Assembly (NCBI GenBank): GCA_028247315.1
Contig: JAOKFZ010000006.1
Location: forward strand, 1,403 to 65,402
Direction: 5' to 3'
DNA: 64,000 nt
Origin: Bacteroidia bacterium
GTDB lineage: Bacteria > Bacteroidota > Bacteroidia > NS11-12g > UBA9320
The position numbers and the translations under genes are program-made. The notes beneath the pieces are model-generated. The model made no database searches. It was not told the DNA's origin and was given only the letters and a program-made list of their open reading frames with translations. The first letter of the stretch is position 1. Each line of letters opens with the position of its first letter. Positions 29,875 through 40,123 of the stretch are shown piece after piece.

Positions 29875-31101
29875 TTGGCAGAAAAAGATACGAAACTGAG
29901 TTGTTCATTTTGTGGTAGAAGTAAGGAAGAGGTAGGTCTTCTTATCTCGGGTATAGATGCTCACATTTGTGAGGACTGTATACAGCAAGGAAACGAAATA
30001 GTAGTGAATGAAAACGGGAGCACAAAATCGAAAGATGCAACTGCTGGATTCAAACTACGCAAACCCCGAGAGATAAAGGCATTACTAGACGAGTACGTTA
30101 TAGGTCAGGACCGAGCAAAACGTACGCTAAGTGTAGCGGTATACAACCACTATAAGCGTCTTCAGTTTGAAGCAGGAGATGATGGTGTAGAGATAGAGAA
30201 GTCTAACCTGTTGCTCATAGGAGAAACAGGAACGGGTAAAACCTTACTTGCTAAGACACTTGCTCGCTCTCTTGAGGTACCTTTTTGTATAGCCGATGCC
30301 ACAGTGCTCACAGAAGCTGGATATGTAGGTGACGATGTAGAAAGTATAATCTCTCGCCTATACCAATCTGCTGATTATGATAAAGATGCTACGGAGCGTG
30401 GTATTATTTATATAGACGAAATAGATAAGATTGCTCGCAAGAGCGATAACCCAAGTATTACTCGTGATGTGAGTGGTGAGGGTGTACAACAAGGTCTACT
30501 CAAAATACTAGAAGGTACTGTTGCCAATGTAGCTCCACAAGGAGGCAGAAAGCATCCAGACCAAAAAATGGTACAGATAGACACGAAGAATATCTTATTT
30601 ATTTGTGGCGGAGCGTTTGATGGAATAGAAAAAATTATCTCACGAAGACTGCAAGCCAATTCACTTGGGTTTAAATCTAAGGGAGAAGAGTCTGTTGAGG
30701 TAGAGCAATACTTACAATATGCTATTCCTACAGATGTCAAACAATTTGGTTTAATTCCTGAGATAATTGGTCGTGTGCCAATTCTGACGGCATTAATGCC
30801 ACTAGATGCCAAAGCTTTGAAATCGATACTTCTAGAACCTAAGAATGCTCTCATACGCCAGTATGAGGCTCTATTTACTATGGAAGACATAAAATTGACC
30901 ATAAGCGATAGTGTGATAGACTATATTGTGGAGAAAGCGATAGAGTTTAAGCTCGGGGCTCGTGGACTACGATCTATATGCGAGGCTATATTAGCAGATT
31001 ATATGTATGAAGCACCGTCAAAGGATGGAGTCAAAGAAGTAAATATTGGTATTGAAGATGCCGAGAAAATGCTTCAAAAGTTAAAATTGAACGCTGCATA
31101 G
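29875..31101 (+). CDS. clpX: ATP-dependent Clp protease ATP-binding subunit
   Basis: Zn-binding CSFC..CEDC, Walker A GETGTGKT, IDEIDKI, RDVSGEGVQQ and GARGLR. TTG start. Confidence 0.97.
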   Translation: MAEKDTKLSCSFCGRSKEEVGLLISGIDAHICEDCIQQGNEIVVNENGSTKSKDATAGFKLRKPREIKALLDEYVIGQDRAKRTLSVAVYNHYKRLQFEAGDDGVEIEKSNLLLIGETGTGKTLLAKTLARSLEVPFCIADATVLTEAGYVGDDVESIISRLYQSADYDKDATERGIIYIDEIDKIARKSDNPSITRDVSGEGVQQGLLKILEGTVANVAPQGGRKHPDQKMVQIDTKNILFICGGAFDGIEKIISRRLQANSLGFKSKGEESVEVEQYLQYAIPTDVKQFGLIPEIIGRVPILTALMPLDAKALKSILLEPKNALIRQYEALFTMEDIKLTISDSVIDYIVEKAIEFKLGARGLRSICEAILADYMYEAPSKDGVKEVNIGIEDAEKMLQKLKLNAA

Positions 31102-31197
31102 AGACAGTTTTTGTTTTCTATATGAATGGTTTGAAAGAGTTGTTCAGAGAATAAGGTTTGCACTACCCATTATTTTTACGTGCTTTGAAAGAAATAT

Positions 31198-32535
31198 ATG
31201 GGGTACATATTCAAAAAAAATGATCCAAAGGCCATTAAAGCATGGACTTTTTATGACTGGGCCAACTCGGTTTATAATCTAATTATCTCTACGGCTATCT
31301 TTCCTATTTTTTATGGTGAGGTAACAAAAACGAAGGATGCTGAAGGGAATGTTATTTCTGAAATGGTAACTTTTTTTGGTAGAGAGTTTGTGAATACGGA
31401 ACTCTACTCTTACGTCTATGCGGCTTCATTTTTTCTTATCGTCTTATTGGTTCCAGTACTTTCGGGCATAGCAGATTACATGGGCACCAAAAAGCGATTT
31501 ATGCAATTCTTTTGCTATCTCGGTGCTCTCGGATGTGCATCGCTATTTTATTTTGATAAAGATACCTTAGAAATAAGTATGCTCTCCGTTTTCATGGCTA
31601 GTATTGGTTTTTGGGGCAGTTTGGTGTTCTACAATTCATTCTTATTGGAAATTGCAGACAAAGATCAACACGATAAAATAAGTGCACGAGGGTTTTCTCT
31701 TGGGTATATTGGCAGTGTTTCTCTATTAGTAACCATACTCATTTTAAACGGTGTTGCGGGAATGCCAGTCAAATATGGTTTCTTGATGGTGGCAGTTTGG
31801 TGGGTTGGTTTTGCTCAATATACCTATTACTATTTACCAGGTAGCAGTCACTACGCGAAACGAGAAAAACAGCACAATATCATTTGGTATGGATATGGAG
31901 AGCTGCGAAAAGTGTGGTCAGAATTGAAGCAACACCCGAGAGTGAAGTGGTTCTTGGGGAGCTATTTTACGTATAATATGGGCGTACAGACTATCATGCT
32001 ACTCGCCGTACTGTTTGCGAGCAAAGAAATAGATTGGGTTCCTGGTGGAGAATGGTGGCAAACCAAAGAAACAGGACTTATTGCGAGTATAATTATTATA
32101 CAACTCATTGCTATTGCAGGGGCATATATTTTATCGAATCTCTCTGGTAAGCTAGGTAATTTGCGTACGTTAATGCTGGCAACTTTAATATGGATCATCT
32201 GCACAATAATTGCGTACTTTATCCATTTGCCTACAGAATTTTATGTCTTAGCCACTATAGTGGGTTTTGTCATGGGTGGTATACAATCACTCAGTCGAAG
32301 TACCTATTCTAAAATGCTCCCACCTACAGAAGATAACGCATCTTACTTTAGTTTCTTTGATGTGATGGAAAAAGTTGGACTTATTTTTGGTCCGTTGATG
32401 TTTGGATTGCTAGAAGGAATATTTGGCGATATGCGTAAATCTGTGTTAATGCTTATGGTATTTTTTATTGTCGGTTTCTTCTTATTAATGAAAACAAGAA
32501 GAGTAGAGCTAAAGAGTGCTTCATCGACTGTATAA
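31198..32535 (+). CDS. MFS transporter, UMF1/Atg22-like
   Basis: AWTFYDWANSVY, GGIQSLSRSTYSK and SYFSFFDV motifs. Confidence 0.85.
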   Translation: MGYIFKKNDPKAIKAWTFYDWANSVYNLIISTAIFPIFYGEVTKTKDAEGNVISEMVTFFGREFVNTELYSYVYAASFFLIVLLVPVLSGIADYMGTKKRFMQFFCYLGALGCASLFYFDKDTLEISMLSVFMASIGFWGSLVFYNSFLLEIADKDQHDKISARGFSLGYIGSVSLLVTILILNGVAGMPVKYGFLMVAVWWVGFAQYTYYYLPGSSHYAKREKQHNIIWYGYGELRKVWSELKQHPRVKWFLGSYFTYNMGVQTIMLLAVLFASKEIDWVPGGEWWQTKETGLIASIIIIQLIAIAGAYILSNLSGKLGNLRTLMLATLIWIICTIIAYFIHLPTEFYVLATIVGFVMGGIQSLSRSTYSKMLPPTEDNASYFSFFDVMEKVGLIFGPLMFGLLEGIFGDMRKSVLMLMVFFIVGFFLLMKTRRVELKSASSTV

Positions 32536-33969
32536 ATGTTAAAAAAGTATCTCGGCGATATAGCTTTTATGCAGGTACTCAACCTGCTTGTAAAACCTAT
32601 ATGGATACTGGTTATAGATGCAGCAGTGCAAGAAGCCTTGCCGCAAGCAGTCTACGGCAATTACTTTGCGTTATTCAATACAAGCCTGTTGTTTTTCATC
32701 GTGCTTGACCTTGGTCTTAATAGCTTTAATATTACCGAAGTAGCACAAGACAATAGAAAGATACGCTCTCTCACCGGCAGTATTATTGGTCTAAAAATAT
32801 TGCTTGCCATACTCTACATTGTCATTATACTTTGTGTAGGAGCAGTGCTTGGTTATTCTGCCAAGGAGTTTGTTTTGCTTATTATACTTGGAGGGATACA
32901 GGTAGTTACGTCACTTAATCAGTTTTTTAGAAGTATAGTTGCTAGCTTACAGCATTTCAGGATAGACGGGATCTTTATGGTGTTAGACAGGGTGTTGGTT
33001 ATTCTTTTCGTTGGCGTGCTGTTGTGGTCGAATATCCCACAGCTAGAGCTTACTATTTACAATTTTGCGTACGCACAACTTTTTAGTTTGTCACTTGTAT
33101 TGGTGAGTCTACTCGTATTTCTGAGAGGTCATTTAGCTTACGTATCTATTTCCTTTGATTTGGATAATATTTTTCCTATCCTCAAAAAATCATGGCCATT
33201 TGCCTTACTGGTAACCCTCATGGGATTGTATACCTATATAGATGGTGTCATGATAAAAGAATTGGTAGGAGATGCAGAAGCGGGGGTATATGCTTTGGGT
33301 TACCGGTTTTATTTTGCTTTACTCATGTTTGCCTCAGTGTTTAGTGGAGTTTTACTTCCCCTATTTAGTAAAAACCTGAAAAATATCGACATCATACGTA
33401 GCATAAGTGGATTTACTTCACGATTACTACTTTTTGGCGGTATCGTTGCTTCTCTCATTGCAGTTGTTTATGCCATGGAAATACTCACATTTGTCAATCC
33501 AGATAAAGCTAATACAGACTCAGCCCAAGTGCTTGTTATTTTACTAGTGGGTTTCATTGGTTCATCGCTTACCATGGTGTATGGAGCTCTGCTTACAGCA
33601 GGTAAAGAGCTAACATGGTTAAATAGATTTGCAGCGTTTACCTTAGTTGTAAATCTCATTCTCAACAGTATTCTCATACCTCAATACAAAGCTCAAGGTG
33701 CCGCCATTGCTACTATGGTTAGTCAATTGTTGTTTGGTTTTGTTTGCCTACTTGTGAGCATTAAAAAGTATAATTTGAATATAACATTGCATTCACTTGT
33801 GACCCCGGCGGTGGGAGTGATATTTTTAGTTCTAATTATTTTATTTGGGCAACAATATGCCCAGAATATGTGCGTTCACTTTAGTATGATTGCAATCACA
33901 ATTTTGTTATCTGCTTATTTATTTAAACTATATAGCGTAAATGACCTAAAGTCTTTGCTCAAGAAATAA
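32536..33969 (+). CDS. wzx: Polysaccharide/oligosaccharide flippase (Wzx-like)
   Basis: 12-14 TM helices; LDLGLN, DGVMI..EAGVYALG and GAAIAT motifs of the MOP/PST family. Confidence 0.8.
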   Translation: MLKKYLGDIAFMQVLNLLVKPIWILVIDAAVQEALPQAVYGNYFALFNTSLLFFIVLDLGLNSFNITEVAQDNRKIRSLTGSIIGLKILLAILYIVIILCVGAVLGYSAKEFVLLIILGGIQVVTSLNQFFRSIVASLQHFRIDGIFMVLDRVLVILFVGVLLWSNIPQLELTIYNFAYAQLFSLSLVLVSLLVFLRGHLAYVSISFDLDNIFPILKKSWPFALLVTLMGLYTYIDGVMIKELVGDAEAGVYALGYRFYFALLMFASVFSGVLLPLFSKNLKNIDIIRSISGFTSRLLLFGGIVASLIAVVYAMEILTFVNPDKANTDSAQVLVILLVGFIGSSLTMVYGALLTAGKELTWLNRFAAFTLVVNLILNSILIPQYKAQGAAIATMVSQLLFGFVCLLVSIKKYNLNITLHSLVTPAVGVIFLVLIILFGQQYAQNMCVHFSMIAITILLSAYLFKLYSVNDLKSLLKK

Positions 33970-33989
33970 AGGAATTATACGTAATCATT

Positions 33990-33997
33990 TACATTTG
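33990..33997 (+). promoter_or_regulatory. -7 promoter box (TACATTTG) for the wzz-ligase-permease unit
   Basis: Exact TAnnTTTG match 23 nt upstream of the ATG. Confidence 0.6.
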
Positions 33998-34020
33998 CCA
34001 ACTTCAACCAATTTTACCGA

Positions 34021-35028
34021 ATGAACCAAAACAAAGAGTTTGATTTTAATTTTATAGATATAGCTTCTCTGGTATGGCAGTACCGTAAGCATTTGCTTAT
34101 TATCACGCTGTCTGCAGCTATCTTATCCGCTATATTTTCATCGCCATTTTTTATCACACCCAAATATGAGTCTGAGGTAATTTTTTACCCCACTACAATA
34201 AACTCTATAGGTAATGCCATGTTCACAGACTTGACCCAGCGGCAGGCAGACCCATTGGCTTTTGGTGAAGAAGAAGAAGCAGAAAATGCATTGCAGCTTC
34301 TCAACTCGTCTGCTCTACAAGGACGTATTGTGAGAAATTTTGACCTAATAAATCATTACGATATAGATACGGATGGTGGTAGCCCACATACTGATCTGGG
34401 TCGTGAGATGAAAAGCAACATTAAGTTTAGCAGAACACGACATCTCGCAGTAGCTATCAATGTGTTAGACGAAGATCCCATTAAAGCGGCAGAGATTGCT
34501 AACGGTATAGGTGCTCTATATGATAGTGTGAAGACAGAGATACAACGACAAGTATCACTGGAAGCACTTATCATTATTGAAGATGAGTTTAAAGGCAAAG
34601 AAAAAGAAGTGTTTGGTCTGCGTCAAAAACTACAAGGCTTGGGTAAAAAAGGGATTACCAATTATGAAGAGCAGTCTAGAGCAATAGCAGAAGAACTGTA
34701 TAAAGTGCCGGCTAATTCTGGCACTGGTAGAAGATTGCAAGCAGTACAGGACAAGTTAGCTGAATATGCAGGTGAATTCACTTACTTGAACGAGACACTA
34801 ATACTAGAGCTAGAGAGCTTGAGTAAGTTGCGTAAGCGATACGAAAAAGCTAAGGTAGATGTTGAGAAAACGCTACCGCAAAAATTTATATTAACCAGTG
34901 CCTCACCAGCGGAGAAAAAAACGTACCCGGTACGTTGGCTCATTGTGCTTCTCGTGACAGGAGCTGTAGGTTTCTTTAGTGTGTTGATTTTGCTTATTAT
35001 GCAACAACTGGGCAAGCTCAATAAATAA
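34021..35028 (+). CDS. wzz: Wzz-like chain-length determinant (PCP-1 type, no kinase domain)
   Basis: N-terminal TM followed by ITPKYES, coiled periplasmic region, PAEKKTYPVRWLIV and a C-terminal TM. Confidence 0.8.
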   Translation: MNQNKEFDFNFIDIASLVWQYRKHLLIITLSAAILSAIFSSPFFITPKYESEVIFYPTTINSIGNAMFTDLTQRQADPLAFGEEEEAENALQLLNSSALQGRIVRNFDLINHYDIDTDGGSPHTDLGREMKSNIKFSRTRHLAVAINVLDEDPIKAAEIANGIGALYDSVKTEIQRQVSLEALIIIEDEFKGKEKEVFGLRQKLQGLGKKGITNYEEQSRAIAEELYKVPANSGTGRRLQAVQDKLAEYAGEFTYLNETLILELESLSKLRKRYEKAKVDVEKTLPQKFILTSASPAEKKTYPVRWLIVLLVTGAVGFFSVLILLIMQQLGKLNK

Positions 35029-35032
35029 AAAC

Positions 35033-36475
35033 GTGGATCTGTCTTTGGACATAAAACGTTTGTATGCCAGTGTAGGAGTCTTTTTTGTCTACTGCATGGC
35101 TGCCGTCTACTTTGAGATATATATTGCCATGGCATTTCCTGCGGTTATTATAATGGGATGGATTACCATTACTAAACCGAAGTATATTTTATATTTTTTA
35201 GCATTTGCTACACCTCTATCTGTACATCTTCTTGATGAGCGATACAGTTCTGTCAATCTCAGTTTGCCTACTGAACCACTAATCATATTCCTATTCATAG
35301 GAGTATTACTTAAAATGCTCAAGAGCAAAAAACTTGTGATTCCAGAAGTAACCACGTTGTTAAGTATACTCATACTAGCAGACTTTTCGTGGATGACTAT
35401 AACGGCTCTTACGAGTACCATGCCCATTATATCTGCTAAGTACATACTGATGAAAAGTTGGTATATTGGTATTTTTTACTTTTTACTTACTCGCTACTTT
35501 AGGAATGAAACTGTAGCTAAAAAGTTTATCTGGAGCTTCATAGTATCTATTTTGATACTTAGCCTGTATACCTTGATAATACATGGAAGTGGAGGCTTTA
35601 GTAGAGCATATGCATATACTGCAATGCGACCGTTTTTGCCAGATCACGGTATGTATGCAGCTTGCATCTCTTTTGTGGTTCCTGTCTTATTTATTTTTGC
35701 TATGCACGGTAGACAGATGGGTTACTCTCCGGCTTTGCGTATCGTATGTTTGGTAATGTTTCTGTTTATGGTATTGGCAGTTGCAATGTCCTTTACTCGG
35801 GCTTCTTGGCTTAGCTTGGTTATTAGCTTAACACTCTATTTTGTGTTTCTGCTAAATTTACGATTCAAACATTTGCTACTCATAGCACTGTTAGCTGTAG
35901 GCGGTATTCTGGCCAATATGGACTACCTTCTTACGGATCTTTCACGAAATAAAAACGAAAGTGATGACAACATAGAAAATCACCTGCAAAGTGTGGGTAA
36001 TGTATCTAGTGACCCGAGTAATCTGGAGCGACTCAATAGATGGGGCAGCGGATTACGCATGTGGGAAGAAAAGCCAATAATGGGCTGGGGACCTGGAACG
36101 TATACGTTTCAATATGGTCAGTTTCAGTTACCACACGAGATGACTATCATTAGTACGAATGCAGGAGAGTTGGGTGGAATACATTCAGAGTACCTGCGTC
36201 CTTTGGCCGAAAGCGGTTTTCTCGGTACTATTTTTCTCGTTTTGATTGTAATAGCGGTGTTTAGCATTGCTTTTAAGCATCAGCGGGTTTTGAGCGGTGG
36301 TACACGTTACCTCAGTATGGCGGTCTTCCTCGGGCTTGTCACCTATTTTGCACATGGTGTGCTAAACAACTATACCGAGTTTGACAAAATAGCAGTACCC
36401 TTGTATAGCTTCATGGCAGTACTTACGGCCATAGAAATCAATCTACGCCATGCTAAAAAAGATAGCCAAGAATAA
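35033..36475 (+). CDS. O-antigen ligase/polymerase family (Wzy_C) membrane protein
   Basis: SFTRASWLSL, SNLERLNRW, KPIMGWGPGTY and IHSEYLRPLAESG motifs. Confidence 0.82.
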   Translation: MDLSLDIKRLYASVGVFFVYCMAAVYFEIYIAMAFPAVIIMGWITITKPKYILYFLAFATPLSVHLLDERYSSVNLSLPTEPLIIFLFIGVLLKMLKSKKLVIPEVTTLLSILILADFSWMTITALTSTMPIISAKYILMKSWYIGIFYFLLTRYFRNETVAKKFIWSFIVSILILSLYTLIIHGSGGFSRAYAYTAMRPFLPDHGMYAACISFVVPVLFIFAMHGRQMGYSPALRIVCLVMFLFMVLAVAMSFTRASWLSLVISLTLYFVFLLNLRFKHLLLIALLAVGGILANMDYLLTDLSRNKNESDDNIENHLQSVGNVSSDPSNLERLNRWGSGLRMWEEKPIMGWGPGTYTFQYGQFQLPHEMTIISTNAGELGGIHSEYLRPLAESGFLGTIFLVLIVIAVFSIAFKHQRVLSGGTRYLSMAVFLGLVTYFAHGVLNNYTEFDKIAVPLYSFMAVLTAIEINLRHAKKDSQE

Positions 36476-37490
36476 ACTCGGATTATTTGGGTTAGTGTTC
36501 ATAGCACTATTGGTCTTGCTGTCCATATTGGGCTACCTCATTACACCAGATGCAACTCCCAAAGCCAATGACATACATCTTGAAATTGCCTTGCAGAAAC
36601 CAGGTTTTTCGGTAGACATGCTCCGCAAAAGTGAAAAGAAAGATAGAAACAGTGTTTCTTTGTTTACTAAGCTGGTAAGCGGCGAAGAGACTTCATATGA
36701 GCTAGTTCCTGTAGCGGAAGTGCGAGGAGATAGCTTTGCCGTTTTTTCTAAAAACGGCTTGTTACTTTGGAAAGTAGCCTCAAAATCACTAGTGGATTCA
36801 GACATTTCGCATAAGACTTTTTGGCTTGGAACAGACCGCTATGGCCGCGATGTTCTTAGTAGGGTGATCATAGGAGCGAGGGTTTCACTTTTAGTTGGTT
36901 TTATGTCTGTACTTCTTACATTGCTCATAGGGACTACTTTGGGCTTGCTCAGCGGCTACTATGGCGGTTGGGTAGACAGTGTCATACTGTGGCTTATTAA
37001 TGTAGTGTGGAGTCTCCCAAGCCTACTCATAGCTATAGCCATTAGTTTTGCTTTTCAAGAAAAAGGACTGTATCAAGTGTTCTTAGCTATAGGCCTTAGT
37101 ATGTGGGTAGAGCTTGCACGCATCGTTCGTGGTCAGGTATTGCAAATCAAAGAGATGGATTACATTCAAGCTGCCAAGGTGTTGGGGTTTGGGAATATCC
37201 GAATACTGTTTAAGCACATTTTGCCCAATATAATGGCACCTATTATCGTGGTCTGTGCGGCAAACTTTGCCAGTGCAATTTTGCTAGAAGCGGGTCTTAG
37301 TTTCTTAGGTCTTGGTGTACAAGCACCTATGCCTAGCTGGGGCAGTATGATTAAAGAGCACTACAACTATATTGTATTTGATGCAGCATACCTTGCTATT
37401 ATACCAGGCGTATGCATTATGCTACTTGTTATGTCCTTCAATTTTCTGGGCAATGCTCTCAGAGATGCATTGGATGTGAATATGAAGTAG
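36450..37490 (+). CDS. Peptide-type ABC transporter permease (OppC/DppC-like)
   Basis: LGTDRYGRDVLSR, EAA-loop DYIQAAKVLG, HILPN, LSFLGLG and GNALRDALD motifs. Confidence 0.88.
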   Translation: MLKKIAKNKLGLFGLVFIALLVLLSILGYLITPDATPKANDIHLEIALQKPGFSVDMLRKSEKKDRNSVSLFTKLVSGEETSYELVPVAEVRGDSFAVFSKNGLLLWKVASKSLVDSDISHKTFWLGTDRYGRDVLSRVIIGARVSLLVGFMSVLLTLLIGTTLGLLSGYYGGWVDSVILWLINVVWSLPSLLIAIAISFAFQEKGLYQVFLAIGLSMWVELARIVRGQVLQIKEMDYIQAAKVLGFGNIRILFKHILPNIMAPIIVVCAANFASAILLEAGLSFLGLGVQAPMPSWGSMIKEHYNYIVFDAAYLAIIPGVCIMLLVMSFNFLGNALRDALDVNMK

Positions 37491-37522
37491 AGGCAAATGC
37501 ACTTCCACTCTTGATGTACCTG

Positions 37523-39292
37523 TTAACGCACTATATTCACTTTCTTGTAGTAAACTGCTTCAGGTGTTCTTAACGTAAGGATATATGAACCAATGGAGTA
37601 TATAGAAGAGTCGAACGTAATAGCCTGCTTACCAGATGAAAGATTACCGGTGTAGAGTACACCTAGTTCTCTACCGCTAAGATCCGTCAATTGTAGGCTC
37701 ACTGCATTCGTGGTGGGGTTAGTGAACGATATGTTTGCTTTGCCAAATGCAGGGTTTGGAAGGACTTGTAGTTTGATGGAATTAGCGTCTGCTCTGTATA
37801 TACTGTTTGTGCTACTATTTTTTATCGTAAAATCTGCTACTAGCGGTAAGTGGTCTGAAGCTATTAGTACATCACTTGATTGTAGACCATATTGAGTAAG
37901 TTCAAATGAAGACATTCCAGGGGTAAATAGTGAGTATGTATTGTCTAACTCTAAGTTAGAACCGCTATAGAGTACGTAATCCAGTCTTCCTGGACTGAAA
38001 GCACTGCTTTCTGAATACCAAGAGTAGGAGAATGGTACGCCAGTAGTGTAAGGCTTACTGTCTATTAAGTTGCTGCCATCCCAGTCAGGTGTAAAGTCTG
38101 GACCGTACAATGCTTCATCGGATATATCTCCAGAGAGCAGCGTTTGTAGTTGTGCTCCATCACCCACAAAATTCATATCGCCTACTATCATTATGAGTGC
38201 TCCTTCTTCTAAAGGAATAGGACCTTTTCTCTCTTTTGCTTCTCGTATAAATTGCATGATTTGGTCTACCTCTGTTTGTCTTCCAGCGTCATTGGTACAA
38301 CAAGGTGGGTGTGCTACTACGAGTAGCATGTCTTTTTCTGTATCGGGCAAGTCAATCAGAAATGCAGCATTCCCAGAACTGTTTGCTCCTGCTATAGGTG
38401 CACTTTTGGTGATAGGATATCTACTTATTGCGTGGCAGTCTGGCTCCGCACCTGCATAGTACCATTGTTCGTTTGCTGCCGATGGCAACATGGACTCTAC
38501 TTGTGCTGCTACTTGCTGCGAAGTGTTGTCATATATTTCTTGAAAACCAATGATATCAGGCTGAATTGCTTGCAGTGCTCTGGTGTATGATGGAAGTCTA
38601 TTTTCCGTAAAAAAACCGTCTCGCTCTACGTTGTATGACAAGATACGGATATCAGATTTAGCCGGTTTGTTAAAAGAGTAACTTGGAAGGGGCAATTGTT
38701 GACCTTCTGACATGGTGTATGTGATTCCACCGATCGCAGATGGTGCTAAGTCTCCGTTAGAAGCATTATCTTTGAACAATGCTTTGATAGTACTGCCCAT
38801 GGTGACATCGATACCGTCAGGGCTAAAGGTGCGTTTAATAGCAATCTCAAATCGATCAGAAGAAGTAGTAGGAGCTGTTATCATGCCTATATCTGCGTGG
38901 CGAATACGAGCTCCATTGTACGAACCAGAGCGATCTCCAAAAGTATAGATAAGCTCAGCACCGATTCCGTTAATTGAAGAACCTGTATTGGTGTTGTTGT
39001 CTATATCAATATATATCGCGACGTCATTATTGTCTTGTAGATTGATTGTGTTTCCTACTTCTACCGAGAAGAATACAAAGTTTCTGTCATTATATACCTG
39101 TATTTTTCCAAAATCTACCCCCGAGCCACCTCCATCTCCAGAAGCATCGTTATGCAGCACTGGTTGAGTTGCCCAGTCTTCAAAAAATCCATCTACAAGT
39201 ATGCGGCTCTGAGCATTTAAGCAAAAAGAGAATAAAAGGAAAGATATAACGGTAAGGGTAAGCTGTTTTAAAGTGTTGATTTGAAATGTCAT
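37523..39292 (-). CDS. Endonuclease/exonuclease/phosphatase family protein with T9SS CTD
   Basis: Signal peptide; catalytic set SYNV, GFQE, GDMN, RLDY and SDHLP; CTD LPNPA..DLSGR..GSYIL..KKVNIVR. Confidence 0.85.
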   Translation of the reverse strand: MTFQINTLKQLTLTVISFLLFSFCLNAQSRILVDGFFEDWATQPVLHNDASGDGGGSGVDFGKIQVYNDRNFVFFSVEVGNTINLQDNNDVAIYIDIDNNTNTGSSINGIGAELIYTFGDRSGSYNGARIRHADIGMITAPTTSSDRFEIAIKRTFSPDGIDVTMGSTIKALFKDNASNGDLAPSAIGGITYTMSEGQQLPLPSYSFNKPAKSDIRILSYNVERDGFFTENRLPSYTRALQAIQPDIIGFQEIYDNTSQQVAAQVESMLPSAANEQWYYAGAEPDCHAISRYPITKSAPIAGANSSGNAAFLIDLPDTEKDMLLVVAHPPCCTNDAGRQTEVDQIMQFIREAKERKGPIPLEEGALIMIVGDMNFVGDGAQLQTLLSGDISDEALYGPDFTPDWDGSNLIDSKPYTTGVPFSYSWYSESSAFSPGRLDYVLYSGSNLELDNTYSLFTPGMSSFELTQYGLQSSDVLIASDHLPLVADFTIKNSSTNSIYRADANSIKLQVLPNPAFGKANISFTNPTTNAVSLQLTDLSGRELGVLYTGNLSSGKQAITFDSSIYSIGSYILTLRTPEAVYYKKVNIVR

Positions 39293-39487
39293 TCGAATGG
39301 CAAATTTAAGGGAATACAGTGGATTTTATTCTCCTTTAAAGCATTCTGAATTAGCGTACATTTAGTCGGATACCAAAGTATCGTCTAATTGATTAAGTGC
39401 CAAACAATATTGTCATGAGGGCAGTTATTATTTTTATCATGAGTCAATCCTCAAGAGATTATAAACTCTAGAATAGAACTTTTTGTT

Positions 39488-40123
39488 TTACCCAATTTTT
39501 ATCCCTTCTCCCAGGAACTTTGGATCTTTACCAAAAAGCAGGTCAAGAAACATCTTGGTGCGAGCAAGGTACTCCCGTATGTAGGTTTTGGCACCGTATC
39601 GTTTGCTTACACTTTTAGCATTAAAGCCTTCAGCAGTCATATCATTGGCTGTAGCTATATAGAGTGCTCGCTCATTGTGAAACTGTTGGGAGATTACAAG
39701 TATATCACGCTCACTAAATACCTTCTTACATCGTACAATTGAATCTAATGTCCTAAAACCTGCGTAGTCTAAATAGATGACGGTTTCTGGGATACCTGCT
39801 GCTATTAGGTCCTCTTTCATATTGGTGGGTTCGTCATATCCTTTGCGACTATTGTCTCCGCTTATTAGGATGTATTTTATTTTGCCAGCTTTGTAGAGTG
39901 CTATGGTAGCGTCTATGCGGTATTTGTAGAAAAGATTGATGTGTCTGTTCCTAAGAAATTTTCCTGTTCCTAGTAATAGACCTACTTTTTTTGCTGGGGT
40001 ATCTTTGATGCTGTCGTGTACGAGGTTTCTTGCACTGCGGTTTACCGCATAGTTAGCAAGTAATACAGCCGAAAGAATGCTTGTTCCAAGTAGAAAAAAA
40101 CGTTTGGTCCATCTCCAAATCAT
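39488..40123 (-). CDS. sanA: SanA/YdcF (DUF218) family protein
   Basis: VGLLLGT, ILISGDN..YDEP, LDYAGFRTLDS, SQQFHNERA and REYLAR motifs. Confidence 0.88.
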   Translation of the reverse strand: MIWRWTKRFFLLGTSILSAVLLANYAVNRSARNLVHDSIKDTPAKKVGLLLGTGKFLRNRHINLFYKYRIDATIALYKAGKIKYILISGDNSRKGYDEPTNMKEDLIAAGIPETVIYLDYAGFRTLDSIVRCKKVFSERDILVISQQFHNERALYIATANDMTAEGFNAKSVSKRYGAKTYIREYLARTKMFLDLLFGKDPKFLGEGIKIG

